From positions 1 to 64,000 of the forward strand of contig MCFE01000026.1 in NCBI GenBank assembly GCA_002104905.1: a stretch of DNA of 64,000 bases, written 5' to 3'. Source of the DNA: Basidiobolus meristosporus CBS 931.73. Its lineage: Eukaryota; Fungi; Basidiobolomycota. The notes under the pieces were generated by a model. The model ran no database searches, was not told the DNA's origin, and saw only the letters and a program-made list of their open reading frames with translations. This document shows positions 48,801 through 62,000 of the stretch, piece after piece (position 1 is the stretch's first letter; each line of letters opens with the position of its first letter). A program made the position numbers and the translations under genes.

Positions 48801-50245
48801 TAACTTCGACGAATCCATCGGCCAAAACAAACGAAACGGGATGAAACTTCTGAATATCAAGATATACCTTGCCAACTAAAGTCACGTGTGAGCTTAGTAA
48901 CGTCAACAATTGGGATTCAGGACCATGGGCGTAAGCGGTATTTCCTAAATGGGTGCCACAAAGAAAGATGAGTTTGTGTTTCAGTCTTGTTCAATATGTA
49001 GTAGTATTACTTAGAGATATATATTTGGGTAGATTCCTAACAAGTAGGACATAGAAAGTCTGTATCCCCGACAAAGGCAGCTATTAGAGACCACGCTAAC
49101 GGAATTCTCTCGTAAACTATACGACTGACCTTCGTTTCTTCCAATGCGTTGATATCCTTGAAGCCATGTACGACTAGTCTTCGAAGGCATTTCAATGAAA
49201 TCAAAGAATGTTCAAGCACATTGATCAGATCCTGCGGATTAGCGGTGTTTGCAGCCGCCAGCGCAAATAGAGTATCGGTATGCTGAACATATATATTTGC
49301 TATATGGCGGAAGAGCTCGGGAGAAACCTAGGATTTAAGCCCACTGATCAATAACATATAAGTGACTGCTATCGTTGGCAAGGATGTCTTACACTTTCAA
49401 GCATTCTGCGACTCTTGCTAAGTGTGCGCGAGCAAAGCGCTTTGACCACCAAATGTAAGGTATACAATGCATTCTGTTGAACTACTCTGCTTAAGGGATT
49501 TTCAACAATCGACGTCGACTCTTGTATAATGCGTAGTAGAGTTCTAAGTAACTCAGGCCTAGAGTGCAGTTAGTACCTAGATCTCGGAAAGTACCTGCTC
49601 TGTATATGGTGCACTATTTACCATTCATCTGGCACATCGAATCTAGCAATTTTTGAAGTCAGAACAGCACTCTGAGTAGCAAGCTATAACACGCAATGTT
49701 TGTGAATAAGCCTGCGTTTTTCCGTGAGGTATATATGAGTGTATGCACCTGTTTATGAGGTTCGTCAAAGGATAGTAAAATGCGGTCTCTAATTCTTTTC
49801 TTTTCTTCAGGCGAAATGGCACTACAGAGTTCAATTTCCATTGAGCGAAAAGCACGCACACAAAACATCGCCTCCATCACTTACTTCTTTGCGGTTTTCC
49901 TCCAATATCTATCAATGCCATTTTTTAGGTAAATGATGCTTAACCATCTGATGCTCAAATCAAGGGACTTGTCATAAAATATATCCTACAGTAGAACAGT
50001 TAGTTGACTTTTCAAATATACTAGGAATTTATGGGGCTGCCGCATGATGCGGTGCACTGCTTGCTAGGCAACTCGATCTCTCGTTTTCTTGGATCTTTAA
50101 GGAGCACACATACCTGAAGGATAGCATGGAAATCTGGTGAAGTTTCCCATTGCTTGAGCTGTGCCTCGGCAGGCTTGAGCCTTTCGGGTTCTTGTGATGC
50201 AATCTCACTAAGAGCAGTCAACAATTGCTCTTTTGGGGTTGACAT
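45871..50245 (-). CDS. KAP120: Importin-11/Kap120 (importin-beta family), many exons
   Basis: IBN_N start (AEAQLKQWET...IYLKNGIDRYWRK), WDTEPEEW, RRRIAWLIGKW, DDWDFEPEKF; last exon LLQHDPVY...LLSP-TAG at 45871. Confidence 0.9.
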
Positions 50246-50541
50246 GAGCAAAGGATTCAATGCAAAAGTGCAAACTACACAATTAATCTACGCCAAACTA
50301 CGAAGTAAAGCAATGATAAAACAAAAATATTGAATCAATTTTTGTGCTTCATCGCTGAAAAAATCTAAGCCATTCGAAGAATTAGCCATAGCACACCACG
50401 CTCTTTGTTGATTATAATATAGATGGAAGTAACATTACTGGCCCTGACATATTTATTTAATAACTCACTCTTGAGATTAAGGGCACCTATGGATTACTAT
50501 CTGTCAAAAAAGGTGTTTACACTTTTGTACTGCCTAATGAT

Positions 50542-51840
50542 CTACGAGGAATGTTGGCAGCGACATTGCTTTCCGGCCTCCTCTTCACAACATGAGTTCA
50601 ATGATTGAATTTGCTTTAAGAGAAGCCCAACTTCATGCGATACCAGAGGATATTGAGCAGCCGATTCGATAAGCTCTGTGACTAATGGCAATGGTGTGGA
50701 AGGAACACTCCCGGAACACTTTTTACGGCTAGTCTGAAACCAAGCTAGCAAAAAGAGTGAGCGAAAGGCTGCATATTGTCTACGAGAGTTCGGGAGGGTA
50801 TACAAAGCAGATCGGTTCGAGCTGACTTGCTCATATCCACCTCCATTCAAAGTAGCAGGGAGTGCTGCTTCAACAAGCTGATATATAGGAAGTGTTGCCA
50901 TCAACGAGACTAGTTCCTCAACCTTGTGGCGACGTTGTGACTCTTCCTCAGTTTTCTTTGAATCTTCTTCGCTCCAATGCTCTGCCGCTTCATCACTTTC
51001 TATTAGTGTCGGGGTCACTTTCACTTCGACGATGGAACTGTATTCGATTGGGATGCCTTGAACGATTAGCTCTACCAAATCTTTCGACGTTTGGCAATTA
51101 TCGACCTTCAAAGACCTTAAGATTTTGGAGAGATTAAGCCACGAGTTCTTGTTCAATGCCAATCGAAGTAATCCATCTGTGAATTTCTCTGTTTTTTTCA
51201 AGAGTATGTAACCACGTGGCTTTCCGGTTTCTGAATCAATAGGAAGCAGTGACTCCCACAGAAGGTCGAACGGAACCCAATAGACTGGGTATTTGAATCT
51301 GGCAACGTCCAAGATCAGAACCATCTTTTTCTTTTCGTTGATCCCAGCAACGGGTGAATAGTGACCGTCGCCAGTTTGGCCCAACGTCTTACGATGATAA
51401 GCCAGTACCATAATAGTGTCCGAGGACCGCGATACTGCAAGCAGATCGTCCCAAAATTTCTCTTTACTTACCAAATCCGAACGATTGGTTTGTTCGTCGA
51501 GCCCATTACACTTTGCCAAGCATGAGAATTCAGGAAGCGATACCCCCGTTTTACGAACTTGCTCCAACGAACGGCAGCAGTCGAGCATTTCATCACTGTA
51601 CCACCGCCACACACCCTTCCATTGGCGTTTGGGGTCGACTTCTAACGTATTTAGCACCATTGTTAAACTACCCAATGCACAAAAAGCTGGGTCATTCTGA
51701 GTATCGAATTGTTGAATCAGGGCAAAATAGGACTCGAGATTTCCTTCGTTCAACGTCTCCTTAAACAAGGCCTTCCCTTCAGGAGATGCAAAAGCCACTA
51801 GGTTTTCTGGTAGGGGACGTTTGTAAAACGAGTACTGCAT
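50542..51840 (-). CDS. PCS1: Phytochelatin synthase, intronless
   Basis: SFYKRPLP, QNDPAFCALGSL (Cys), GHYSP (His), LDVARFKYP (Asp), KGVWRWY; Cys-containing C-terminus. Confidence 0.97.
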   Translation of the reverse strand: MQYSFYKRPLPENLVAFASPEGKALFKETLNEGNLESYFALIQQFDTQNDPAFCALGSLTMVLNTLEVDPKRQWKGVWRWYSDEMLDCCRSLEQVRKTGVSLPEFSCLAKCNGLDEQTNRSDLVSKEKFWDDLLAVSRSSDTIMVLAYHRKTLGQTGDGHYSPVAGINEKKKMVLILDVARFKYPVYWVPFDLLWESLLPIDSETGKPRGYILLKKTEKFTDGLLRLALNKNSWLNLSKILRSLKVDNCQTSKDLVELIVQGIPIEYSSIVEVKVTPTLIESDEAAEHWSEEDSKKTEEESQRRHKVEELVSLMATLPIYQLVEAALPATLNGGGYEQVSSNRSALYTLPNSRRQYAAFRSLFLLAWFQTSRKKCSGSVPSTPLPLVTELIESAAQYPLVSHEVGLLLKQIQSLNSCCEEEAGKQCRCQHSS

Positions 51841-52694
51841 TCTATACGTACTTGGACAAAGGTGCTCAATACGACTCTTGATTAAGATCTATCACATCAC
51901 ATCCTATCTTGAACCAAAAAAACCTTGATCAAAACATTTATATATTTGGGCGATTATCAGCACTATATCCCCTCACAAATCACATGACGCGATTCTAGAA
52001 CTCGGCAAGTACATCAACACGATCGGCCCATCGCAATTTGTCATGAACACAATCCTCGGTAGCACCAAGCATGTACACATAAACATTACTATTGTGTGGT
52101 GAAAATCCCAAGCCGGGAAAATGGCTCCGTCAAGAGTGCATGGTATTCGGAATAGATCCCCGCAATCCCCTAGGAACTGGCCCAAAAATGAATTCCGATT
52201 CCGAGACTGAAGCTTCTTCATTGTATCCCCCTCTTCCCCATGAAACATCAAGTATTGCTGGCTGCATCGATGGAACGAGGAGATCGGCCTTCCTGACATA
52301 ACCACATGCAATTCTCCAAAAGCGAATATTAATAATAGTCGTAAAGGGCCAGCATATTACAGATATAATTGACATGCATATCAGTAAAATTGCATGTAGC
52401 ACAAGCTCTCAGTATTGTGCTTCGAAATATTCCTCTTCCTGATTCATTGATTTGCTTGGAGTTACATTAGATCTGAACAATTTCCATCTTCGTACAATAC
52501 CGCGTTTTGCCGGACTAGTTTATTTAATTCACTACAAAAGTGACTGGCTTGAGCCAATTTTATGCTTATATATCCCTGCCCCAGTGTGGATTTTTTGTTA
52601 CCACTCAGAACCTTTGATACCTTCTTCGTTGCATTAGTTTCGTTGTTTTGGAGCTCAAGGAACCTTACTAAGTTTATTACTTTGGCCGAGACAA

Positions 52695-53692
52695 ATGGAG
52701 CTTGAACCTTTCTGGAAGCTCCTCAAGAAATATGTACTGGAGCGTTGGGTTCTGACTCGACAAATTGTTATCCTTCTCGTGTGTATCATTATTCCCTGGG
52801 GCATTTCATATTATTTGATGGTAACGTGTTCCCGTTTACCTCCAGGCTCTGTTGGTTTTGCTCATCTTGTCTTGTAGAATGTGCTTTCTAACTACGCGTC
52901 GTACCGCAGTCCTAGTAATAGGACGAATCCCGTGATGCCTGATGCAGGTAATTCGTTGAGGGGATTTGTCACTTGAAACTTCCAACTAAAGTCGCTCCGT
53001 GCAACTTCTTTGCGCTGTACAGGTTTTGAGGTTATCCCCGAAATGCATAACATTGGGCTCACCGATGCCTTTGATGGAATCACTTTCGCCTTTCTGGCCC
53101 TCCTAGTATTAGCTCACAGGACCCCACTCAAGATCGTAGTCCACGCCCTGTGCGTTAGTTTCATGAACAATATTATGAGAACGTAAGGACAGCGATTCAG
53201 ATATCTCCATATTGTCTGTAGCTCAATCGTTTCCCCCAATCTAGCACCACTGTGGCCATCACTTCGGTGGTAGATCCTCGCCCCAGTTGTGAGCAAGTAA
53301 CCAGCAATTTCTGGTTCTCCTTTGCTCTCCATCGCTGCGGGGATGCCATTTTCTCCGGACACACATCCATCTTCATGCTTTGCGCCATGGTGTGGGTTAC
53401 CTACGCACCAAGAAACCGCATTGGGATTCTGGGAATCTTTTTGATGATTGGTCTGGTCATTGGAGGCAGTTTAATTATCATTTCCAATCGCACGCACTAC
53501 ACCGTTGATGTGCTACTTGCCATATATATTTGTTTTGGTAATTGGTATGCATTCCGGTGGTTCTGGGAGCTTTACGTCGTCCGAGAGAATCGCTTCAAGG
53601 AACTCAACTTCACCCCCGCGTATGAAAGGAAACTCGACAGTAACCGTAACTCCGTCATGCCTACAATTAGAGAGCTAGAGAACGGACAGTAG
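52695..53692 (+). CDS. Sphingomyelin-synthase-family (PAP2_C) phosphotransferase, 4 exons
   Basis: Spliced PDAGFEVIP and MRTTTVAITSVVDPRPSC; CGDAIFSGHT; HYTVDVLLAIY; about 6 TM segments. Confidence 0.88.
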
Positions 53693-54736
53693 AGCTAATC
53701 AACATAGCTAATCCCTAATTACTGTGTCTAATATCATAGTTATTTTAATTTGCAAACTCTCACTTAATCAATTTAAGCTCGCGCATTTTAGTCCTTCCAA
53801 CTGTATCATATTGCTAAATTTCTTACACCGTGTGATACCAGAGCTGACCGATAGTCATTGGTCAAGGTGACGCATTCCAATGTCACACCGGTTTCTCATC
53901 TATTAAAACTCCACTTTTACCGAGACTAGTAGAGTACCAGTTGGTATGGCGGTTGGAGCGGTGTTTTCCCGATGGCCCGCGTTGGTATCAATTGGTAGAT
54001 AGCTCCGCGGAATTCAGGTTTACACTAGACGCCTAATTATGGAATATGGTTTAATCTCTGATATTAACCTTTTCGAGATGGTGATTAGTTGCGGTCCACT
54101 CTGCTTCGCTTTCCTCGTAGTGTTGGTCTTGTTGTTCCCATGGGCTTTACGCATAGCATAGCTTGTCCAACACACATATGTGTCTATCTTGGGTTCAGCA
54201 CATACAAATAGACAGGTCCTACTCCATCCGCCTGATACCACAGCAATGTTGAATGACTGAAGTGAAAAGCTATTTGGTGGATAGGCCAAGGGACCTACTT
54301 TCGGGTTCGTATGTAAGGTGCAACAGTATCCAGTAGTTAGGTTAGCGTGGCATGACTAGATTTTGTGACGTGCATGTAGTGGCATGTTACCTGAGATTGG
54401 ATGAATAAATCCATTGAGTTTTAAGTATCTTGCATATATAAATCATATTCAGGAGAGCGATTTTTTCAAGTAAACCTGGTACGATTGATTGAAAATAATG
54501 CTTTTGAACTCTAAACAAACGCACATGTCGTGTGATTCTCCTTTTATAACATATCACTGCTGACTTCAGGGAATCTGTGTAGGTTTCCTGGTTTAACATC
54601 GATCTGTCCATTTGATAAGCCTCTCTGCTTTGTTTAATGCTCAGATTGTTCCACACATATTAGCTTTTAGATATTGAGCGCACTACACAACTCGTCACGC
54701 CTGGTGTTCGTCTCCTCTTTTAAAGAATCTTAGCCC

Positions 54737-57700
54737 ATGTCCGCTTCTGCCTTTCATACCCCAAATCGTACTATACCCCCCTCGCCTTCGACTCCACAGC
54801 TCCAGATCGGCACTCGTGTCCAGGTTCAGAACAAGCCAGGAACTGTTCGTTTCGTAGGAAACACCTCGTTTGCTAAGGGAAAATGGATAGGGGTTGAGTT
54901 GGATGAGCCGCTGGGGAAAAACGATGGGATCGTGGAGGGTATCACATATTTCACGTGCGAGCCACAGCATGGAATGTTTGTCCGTACTTCTCAGCTCAGA
55001 CCTTTGCAGGAGGACGGTGCGCCAAACACACCAGGATCAACTCAACTACGTCGCCCAACAACTGCCCCTTTTTCTGAGGTGAGAAAAGGGCTTACACCAG
55101 CCTCAGTTGTACCTTCATTCCGTCCTCGCGGGACCCCTGGAATCTCAACCCCAAGCCGATTACCAGCCCCTTCAGGGATCAGCTCTAGTTCTCTGGCTCG
55201 CACTATCAAGAGAAACACAGACACATCATTTCCCGATACTCCAACTACAGTGCCAAACACTCCAAATGCAACTGAAAACACGCCTGAGCCAACACCAGTT
55301 GCTCCAAGCCCTACTCCGTTAGATGCCGGTACCCCTCGGAATTTATCTAGAATGACCACGCCGAAGACGCTAACACGAAGCAACGATCAGGTTTGGCTCA
55401 TGGATATCCATTTATTCATATCTTACGCAGAGCCCGTCTAATGCTCCATGTATTTTTATTCTATTCCAACAGATGGTTTCTGCGAAAGAATACGATGACC
55501 TGAGGTTCAAGCTTGAGATACTGGAGCATAAGCGAGTAGAAGAACGCGAGCGCTGGAAAGAGCAGGAGAAGATTCGTAGCGAAGCGGAACAGTTTCTAGC
55601 CATTAAGCAGAAGCTCAACTGTGAGTTTCACGCGCATGTGTGTTTGTTTTTCAATTGTTACTGACCTTTCAATGTCATAACAGTGAAGTTTAATGAGTTG
55701 CAAGCGGAGCTTCGAGACCACAAGAGGTTGCTCAAGGAAGCCACGGCGGAGAAGGAAAACTTGGAACTGAAATATACCGACATCTCCGAGTCTTTGGAGA
55801 TGATGACTTTGGACAAAGAAATGGCCGAAGAAAAAGCAGAGAACATGAATCAAGAAATCGTACTCTTAAGAGAAAAAATAGAGGAAATGAGTGTGGATTT
55901 AGAAGTCTTCAGAAGAGAAAGTAATTGATGGAGCTACATCTTTCTTGTTGCACATCTTGCTAAAACTCTTTTACATATCTTCTTAGAAGGGCTATCGGGT
56001 GATACCGATAATGAGCATTCCACCATCGAGTTGGTCCAGTTGCAACGCCAAAACGATCGATTAAAGGATGCGTTGGTTCGAATTCGAGACGTCACTTCGG
56101 AGCAAGAAGCAGAGTTGAATCGAAAGATCAAATCATTGGAAAAGGACCTATACGATGTGCAAGACATCCAGAATCAATATGCAAAGACGAAGGAGCGGCT
56201 AGAACAAGCAGAGAACCAGGTTGAAGAGCTGAAACAGCGCTTAGATGACTCGGTCGGTGCGGAAGACCTTGTCGAGCAGCTGTCCGAGAAAAATCTGGCT
56301 CTCAGCGAGAAGGTCGAGGAGATGCGACAAATCATCGAGGATTTAGAGGCGTTAAAGGAGCTTAACGATGAGCTTGAGGAGACACATTTTGAAACCGAGA
56401 AACAGCTCCAAGACGAAATCGACATCAAAGATTCTCAACTTCGGGATTATGAGAAGCGACTGGATGCTTCTGAAGAAACGGTTGCTGATTACGAAAACAC
56501 CATCCATCAATTTCGTCAGTTAGTCACGAACCTTCAAAGTGACCTTGAACAGATGAAACAAAAAGAAGAATCTCAAACCGAGACCAACGCCAATATCGAT
56601 ACCCATTCACAGACGATGCTCAACTTGAATATGCAACTGCAAACCACGGCAATGAAAGCGCAAGGGAAAGCGATTGATTTGGAGCTACGTCGGTTGGATG
56701 CTGAACAGGCTGCTGAGCTACTACGATATGTTCAACCGTTCCTTCCGGACTCATTCAAGAATGAAGATGAATCATTACGCTGCTTACTCCTGCTCAAGCG
56801 GATCGCGTTCAAAGCTGATCTAGTCAATAACCACATTGGACAAAAGTACAAGCTTGCTGACAGCCTCCCTAACCTTCTTACCGATGAGATGATCCCCGCC
56901 TGTCTGATGCGTAAAAAGCTTGACTGGCTCTCGAGCTTGGCTTCTAGATTCATCGGCCATGTCAGCTATAGCTCAGTCCCCGAGTTCCTAAAGATAGGCC
57001 CTCTCTACCACGAGTTTCTTGGAGCCGAGCGACGATTGAATGGGTTCATCGAGATGCTGCGAAATGAAAGTCTGCGCGAGTCGGAGTGTTTACTGGATCT
57101 ACAGCGGTTGATTGCTCAGTTTGAGCGTGTAATTAAGAATTATATCCCGGATGGCACATATGATATGGAGTATCTCGACGCCCTTGGAAGAGCTCATGAT
57201 TACAATGCCGAGGAAAGTCTGGTCACATTTGGCTACTTGATGCAACACATCACTTCCGCAGAATTTCAAGAAGAATTCGTCCACGATCCCGCCGTTCTTG
57301 ATAAGGAATTTCTGAATCCTATCAATTCTCTTTTGGTAACCGTCAAGTCCGGTCGAGTAGTCAATCGAAAATTGCTACGTATCATCAACGACACTCTTAA
57401 GCAGGGCTCACATTCGCTAAAACAAGAGATTTTCTCCGAATTCGAACGATTCACTGAAAAAAGCAGCAAGCTTAATCAGTATGCAGAAGAGTTGTGGAAG
57501 CGCGTTTCAGAATTTCTTTCCGAGAAGAAAGCCGTCAAGCAGCAGGTCCAGTTCTCAGAGATTCACCAGATCATGGTGGACACTACCGGTCATGTCTTTG
57601 TAGGCAACGAGGAGTCTCCTTTAGACGAGGCCCTCGCAGCGGGACAAAGCATAAGCCACGATCTTACCAAACTATCCGAGATGATCCTTGACAACAACTG

Positions 57701-58589
57701 CCACGTTTCGATTGCGCGGAAAGAGGCGCCTTGGGCTGAGCGAGCCCGAGAGTTGAAGTCACAGATCATCCTTGCATCCGAGATGGAGCGCAAGATCCAG
57801 CCTTTGAACGAGGAGATTTTATCTTTGATACGGGAAAACAAGATCAAAAATCAAGAGCTGCAAGAGTCCCAAGTAAAAGTCGAGCTGCTGGAGAAGCGAA
57901 TGGAAAACGTTCGCAAGTACACTGACACCATCCACCAGCTAGAAACGGAGCTTACCAAAGTGAAGAAGATCGAAGAGGACTACGAGGAGGCCATCGAAAG
58001 CCTTGAAGTGGAACTGGACGCCGCGGAGAAGAAATACGACCAGTTGGTAGAAAAGATGAAGCTGGGCGGTAGTCCCGTCAAACCGGAATCGACCGCTGAG
58101 CCAAATTCTGGACAATCCAGCAGTGAAGACATAATAGAAATGCCTCAAAAGCAACAGCAGCAGATAGAGTCCCTCAGAGCTGCACTTCGCTATTTGCGCA
58201 CCGAAAATTCGCAACTGAAGGCTCAAAAAGCCTTGGAGGGCATCCAGCTGGAGCGCAACTTTAGGGGACGAGTGTTTGGCCGGGATGGCTCAGCTTCTCG
58301 TGCGGCCGGCGGGCTCAAATCAGTTGCGTTGGAAACCAAATCATTGCTGAAGGAGATCCAAATCATCACCGCTTCCCCGAAGATTGTCGACCTTGGAGCG
58401 GCTACTCAGGGAGACAGGAAATGGACGTCGCTGAAGAAAAAACCCACTTACCAGTACCAGGTACAGCAATCTGTGTTCCATACTTTGCACCAGCGTAGTC
58501 AGCAGTTGCAGCTCAAAATGCTGAAGCTAGCGGGACACAATCAGGACGCTGTCTCTGTGGTTCCGAACGGAGCCACCGCTGTATATTAA
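54737..58589 (+). CDS. NIP100: Dynactin p150Glued, 4 exons
   Basis: CAP-Gly GKWIGVELDEPLGKNDG...GMFVR, long coiled coils, ETHFETEKQLQDEID, IDLELRRLDAEQA. Confidence 0.96.
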
Positions 58590-59018
58590 GTCGCTCGGTG
58601 GCGATTGTGATTGGACCGTCCCTGTTAAATTTTAATCATCATTCAGTTGTATCTTATACCCTTTGCGGTTGTGTAGCTTGTTCCACAAGCCGCCCAGCGC
58701 GTGCGCATCAATTCTACGCTCAATTAAATTTCCACTTGGTTTGTCCTAGCTCACCAATCCTGGTAGATAAGGTTTAGTTTGTTACTCTGGTGTGTGTAAC
58801 CACCATTACGGTAGCATTGAGTGTTCATGTGACAGCTGAGACTTTTGTTTGGCTACCGAGGTTCGTGGCCAGAATATCCATTTCCAGGAGTGATTTGAAG
58901 CATTGATTTCACGTGATACTCCCGCACCATGACAAGCCTTATTTAAAACCCAGCAAATTCGGTCGAGTCGTTATAAACTTCGCTTTACAGGCTACCGGCC
59001 TATCACATCTTAATAAAT

Positions 59019-62000
59019 ATGAACCCTCTTGATGCAGTGGAGGAGGTAGAGGCGGATACCAACTCGTATACTATTTTCACATTTATTCCGGCTCTTCTCT
59101 ACCGAGTCTTGTCGTTCTTCACGATATCGATACCCTCTACTTTGTACACTCTACTCTCTTACACATTGACAGTTAGTCTTGATTTCTACTCCCTAGTACT
59201 GATCCTTTGTGTCTTGATCGTATGTTCATACCTCTTTATTCGGTATCGTCTGTTGACCAAATATTCCAGGCTCCCCAGCCCACCACCTGAAGTCAGGAAC
59301 CCGGTCTCCTTCGATCTTCACCCGGACACCACCTCGGATGACGAGGAGCCCCCACTGAAGATTTTCCCCGGGGACTTTTTGAAGGTGTTCTTGGCTTCGA
59401 TCAAAGTGTTTGGTTACCTCGAGCGGCCTGTCCTAGACGAGTTAGCTAGACATTTGCAGACGAGAAAGCTGCTCGCCGGGGAAGTGCTCTCGCTTAGCCC
59501 CGAGAAAGAGCGCTCGTTTATCATTGTCGTCGAGGGCTCGGCAAAAGTGTTTGTTCGAGGTGCCGGAAGAAGCGAAAAGCAATTCGAACTTCTTCACGAA
59601 GTCAAGCAAGGTGGCTCGCTGTCAAGTTTGTTCACGCTACTTGCTATGCTGTCGGAGGATGTTCCCCTGAGGCACGAGGAAGAGAGGCCCAAGAGCTTTC
59701 GTCGAAAGAGCTTCGTGTCGAACATGGAGGACAATAGTGAGTTCAGCCCGGCAATTCCAACCACAGAACAGTCTCAGTCACACCCATTCATGGCGCATAC
59801 TCCAAGTCTAGTCACTTCCTTCCGTGGAGACTTCTCAAGAACAACTAGTAGCGAAAGTTCACCCAGTCTAGTGGAGAGCTCTACTCCCTCGGTGGCATCG
59901 TATCCCGACTACTTCGCTTCATCGATCTTTGAGAGACGAGACTCATTCGAGCCCATGCTTCCAGGGTCCAATATATTCGCACGCGCCAGTGTTGATACCA
60001 CCCTCGCGGTCATTCCCATTGAGGCGTTCCATCGAGTGATGGAGAAATTCCCCAATGCTGGTGTTCATATGATCCAGGTCATTCTCACACGCTTCCAAAG
60101 GATGACGTTCCTGACGCTGACCAAGTATCTGGGAATGACCAAAGAAATCCTCCAAATCGAAAAAAAAGTCAACGACCTGTCCAATTACGGCCTACCCCCT
60201 GGGTTCTGTAAGCCAGCTTCCCTGGAGAAGCTGCGTGCTAAACTTGTCTCCAAGGAGAGCCCGCCATTAACTCCGCGGAAATCCCCGTCGAAGCTTCGAT
60301 CGCCCAAGGCAATCAGGAAAGAGAACCAAAGATGGAGCACCATGAGCGATTATGGCATCCATTCCCCCAGTCGACGCCCTTTGCTTCCTCTCGACGACTA
60401 TTTCGGGCATGACGCGATCCGCCAGGAATATGGAGATGTTGACATCAACGACATCAAAGACGCAGTGTTTGAATGCATTTCGAAAAGCATCGGGTTGGTG
60501 CAATCGACGCCGGTCGCCAAACCACAACATCGGTACAGCGATCAATTTGATTTCCTCAACTCGCCATTCGAGGAGCCTGATTCCGTTGGGTTCAACGATG
60601 ATGTTGAGACCGACTCGGTGAACACGGCGAACACCAATTTCACGAACTCGTCCTTGCATTCGGGGATCAGCGAGCTGGACAATGAAGTGGAGCTTCTGCA
60701 CTTCGCTGAAGACTCGGTGCTAGTGAAGGAGGGAGAGCGCACGGAGGGGCTTTACTTCGTAATCGACGGTGTTCTCGATGTCTCCATCCAATCCAAACCT
60801 ATCAACGAATCCCACGCGAAGAGCGGCGGAAAGCCTAAGAGAGCCAGAACCGCAGAGAGTATGGATGCCAGGCCGTCCATGAGAAGTCTGTATCTTATCA
60901 AGCCCGGTGGCTTAGCAGGCTACCTGAGCGGGCTGAGTGGATACCCTTCGGTGGTGACCATCAAGGCTAGCAGTGACTCATTGGTAGGATATCTGTCCAG
61001 GCATGCCCTGGACCGGATTGTCGAGAGACACCCGGCGGTGCTGCTCACCCTCGCCAAACGCCTCATCACCCACCTTTCGCCTCTCAGTAAGTTCCATGAT
61101 GTAACTCCCGCACCATTCAGTCTATTCACCCGCATTCTCTTGATTAGTTTTACACATCGATTTTGCCCTCGAATGGTACCAAGCTAGCGCAGGCAAAGTG
61201 ATCTATAAGGAGGGGGATCCCAGTGAGTTTATCGACATCGTGTTGAATGGTCGTTTACGCTCTATCAGTCAACGGAATGACAGGACCTTCACGATCATCG
61301 GTGAGTATGGTCAAGGCGACTCGATTGGAGAGCTGGAGGTGATGACCGACCTGGCCCGCAAGCAAACACTCTACGCCATTCGGGACTCCGAGCTCGCTCG
61401 GATGCCCAAGACGCTGCTACACTCCTTGGCAATGACCCATCCACAGGTGACATTCCGTATATCCAGGATGATTGCCAATCGCACCTACGAAGCGCAAGCT
61501 GCCTCCATCCACAAATCCGTCAACCCCGTACGCCCGGACGGTGTGGACCTGGGCCAAAACAACATGAATCTAAAAACCGTTTGTCTGTTGCCGGTATCGA
61601 GCGATGTGCCAATCGCAGAGTTCAGCATCCGACTAAGAGATGCGATGAATGACGTCGGAGTAACCAACATACTGCTCAACCATGCGAACGTGCTGTCGAT
61701 TCTCGGCAAGCATGCCTTCAGTCGGTTGGGCAAGCTGAAAATGGCTAGCTGGCTAGCCGATCAGGAAGAGAATGTTGGCATCGTGTTGTACGTTGCTGAT
61801 AGTGGGGTCAACTCGCCTTGGACTCAAAGATGCATTCGGCAAGCGGATTGCATTCTCTTGATCGGGCTTGGCGATGGGAGCCCGGCGGTAGGGGAGTTCG
61901 AAAGGCTGCTGATCAACATGAAGACAACCGCAAGAAAAGAACTTATCCTTCTTCACCAGGACCACAACTGCCCTCAAGGCACGACACGGCAGTGGCTGAA

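Noticed and set aside
53974-54010. TATC-AATTGGTA-GATA D-arm-like hairpin
   Set aside because: No anticodon arm, T-arm or acceptor pairing follows, so it is not a tRNA.
54020-54656. Two 89-aa minus-strand ORFs upstream of dynactin
   Set aside because: Non-ATG starts, no family resemblance and no convincing splice join.
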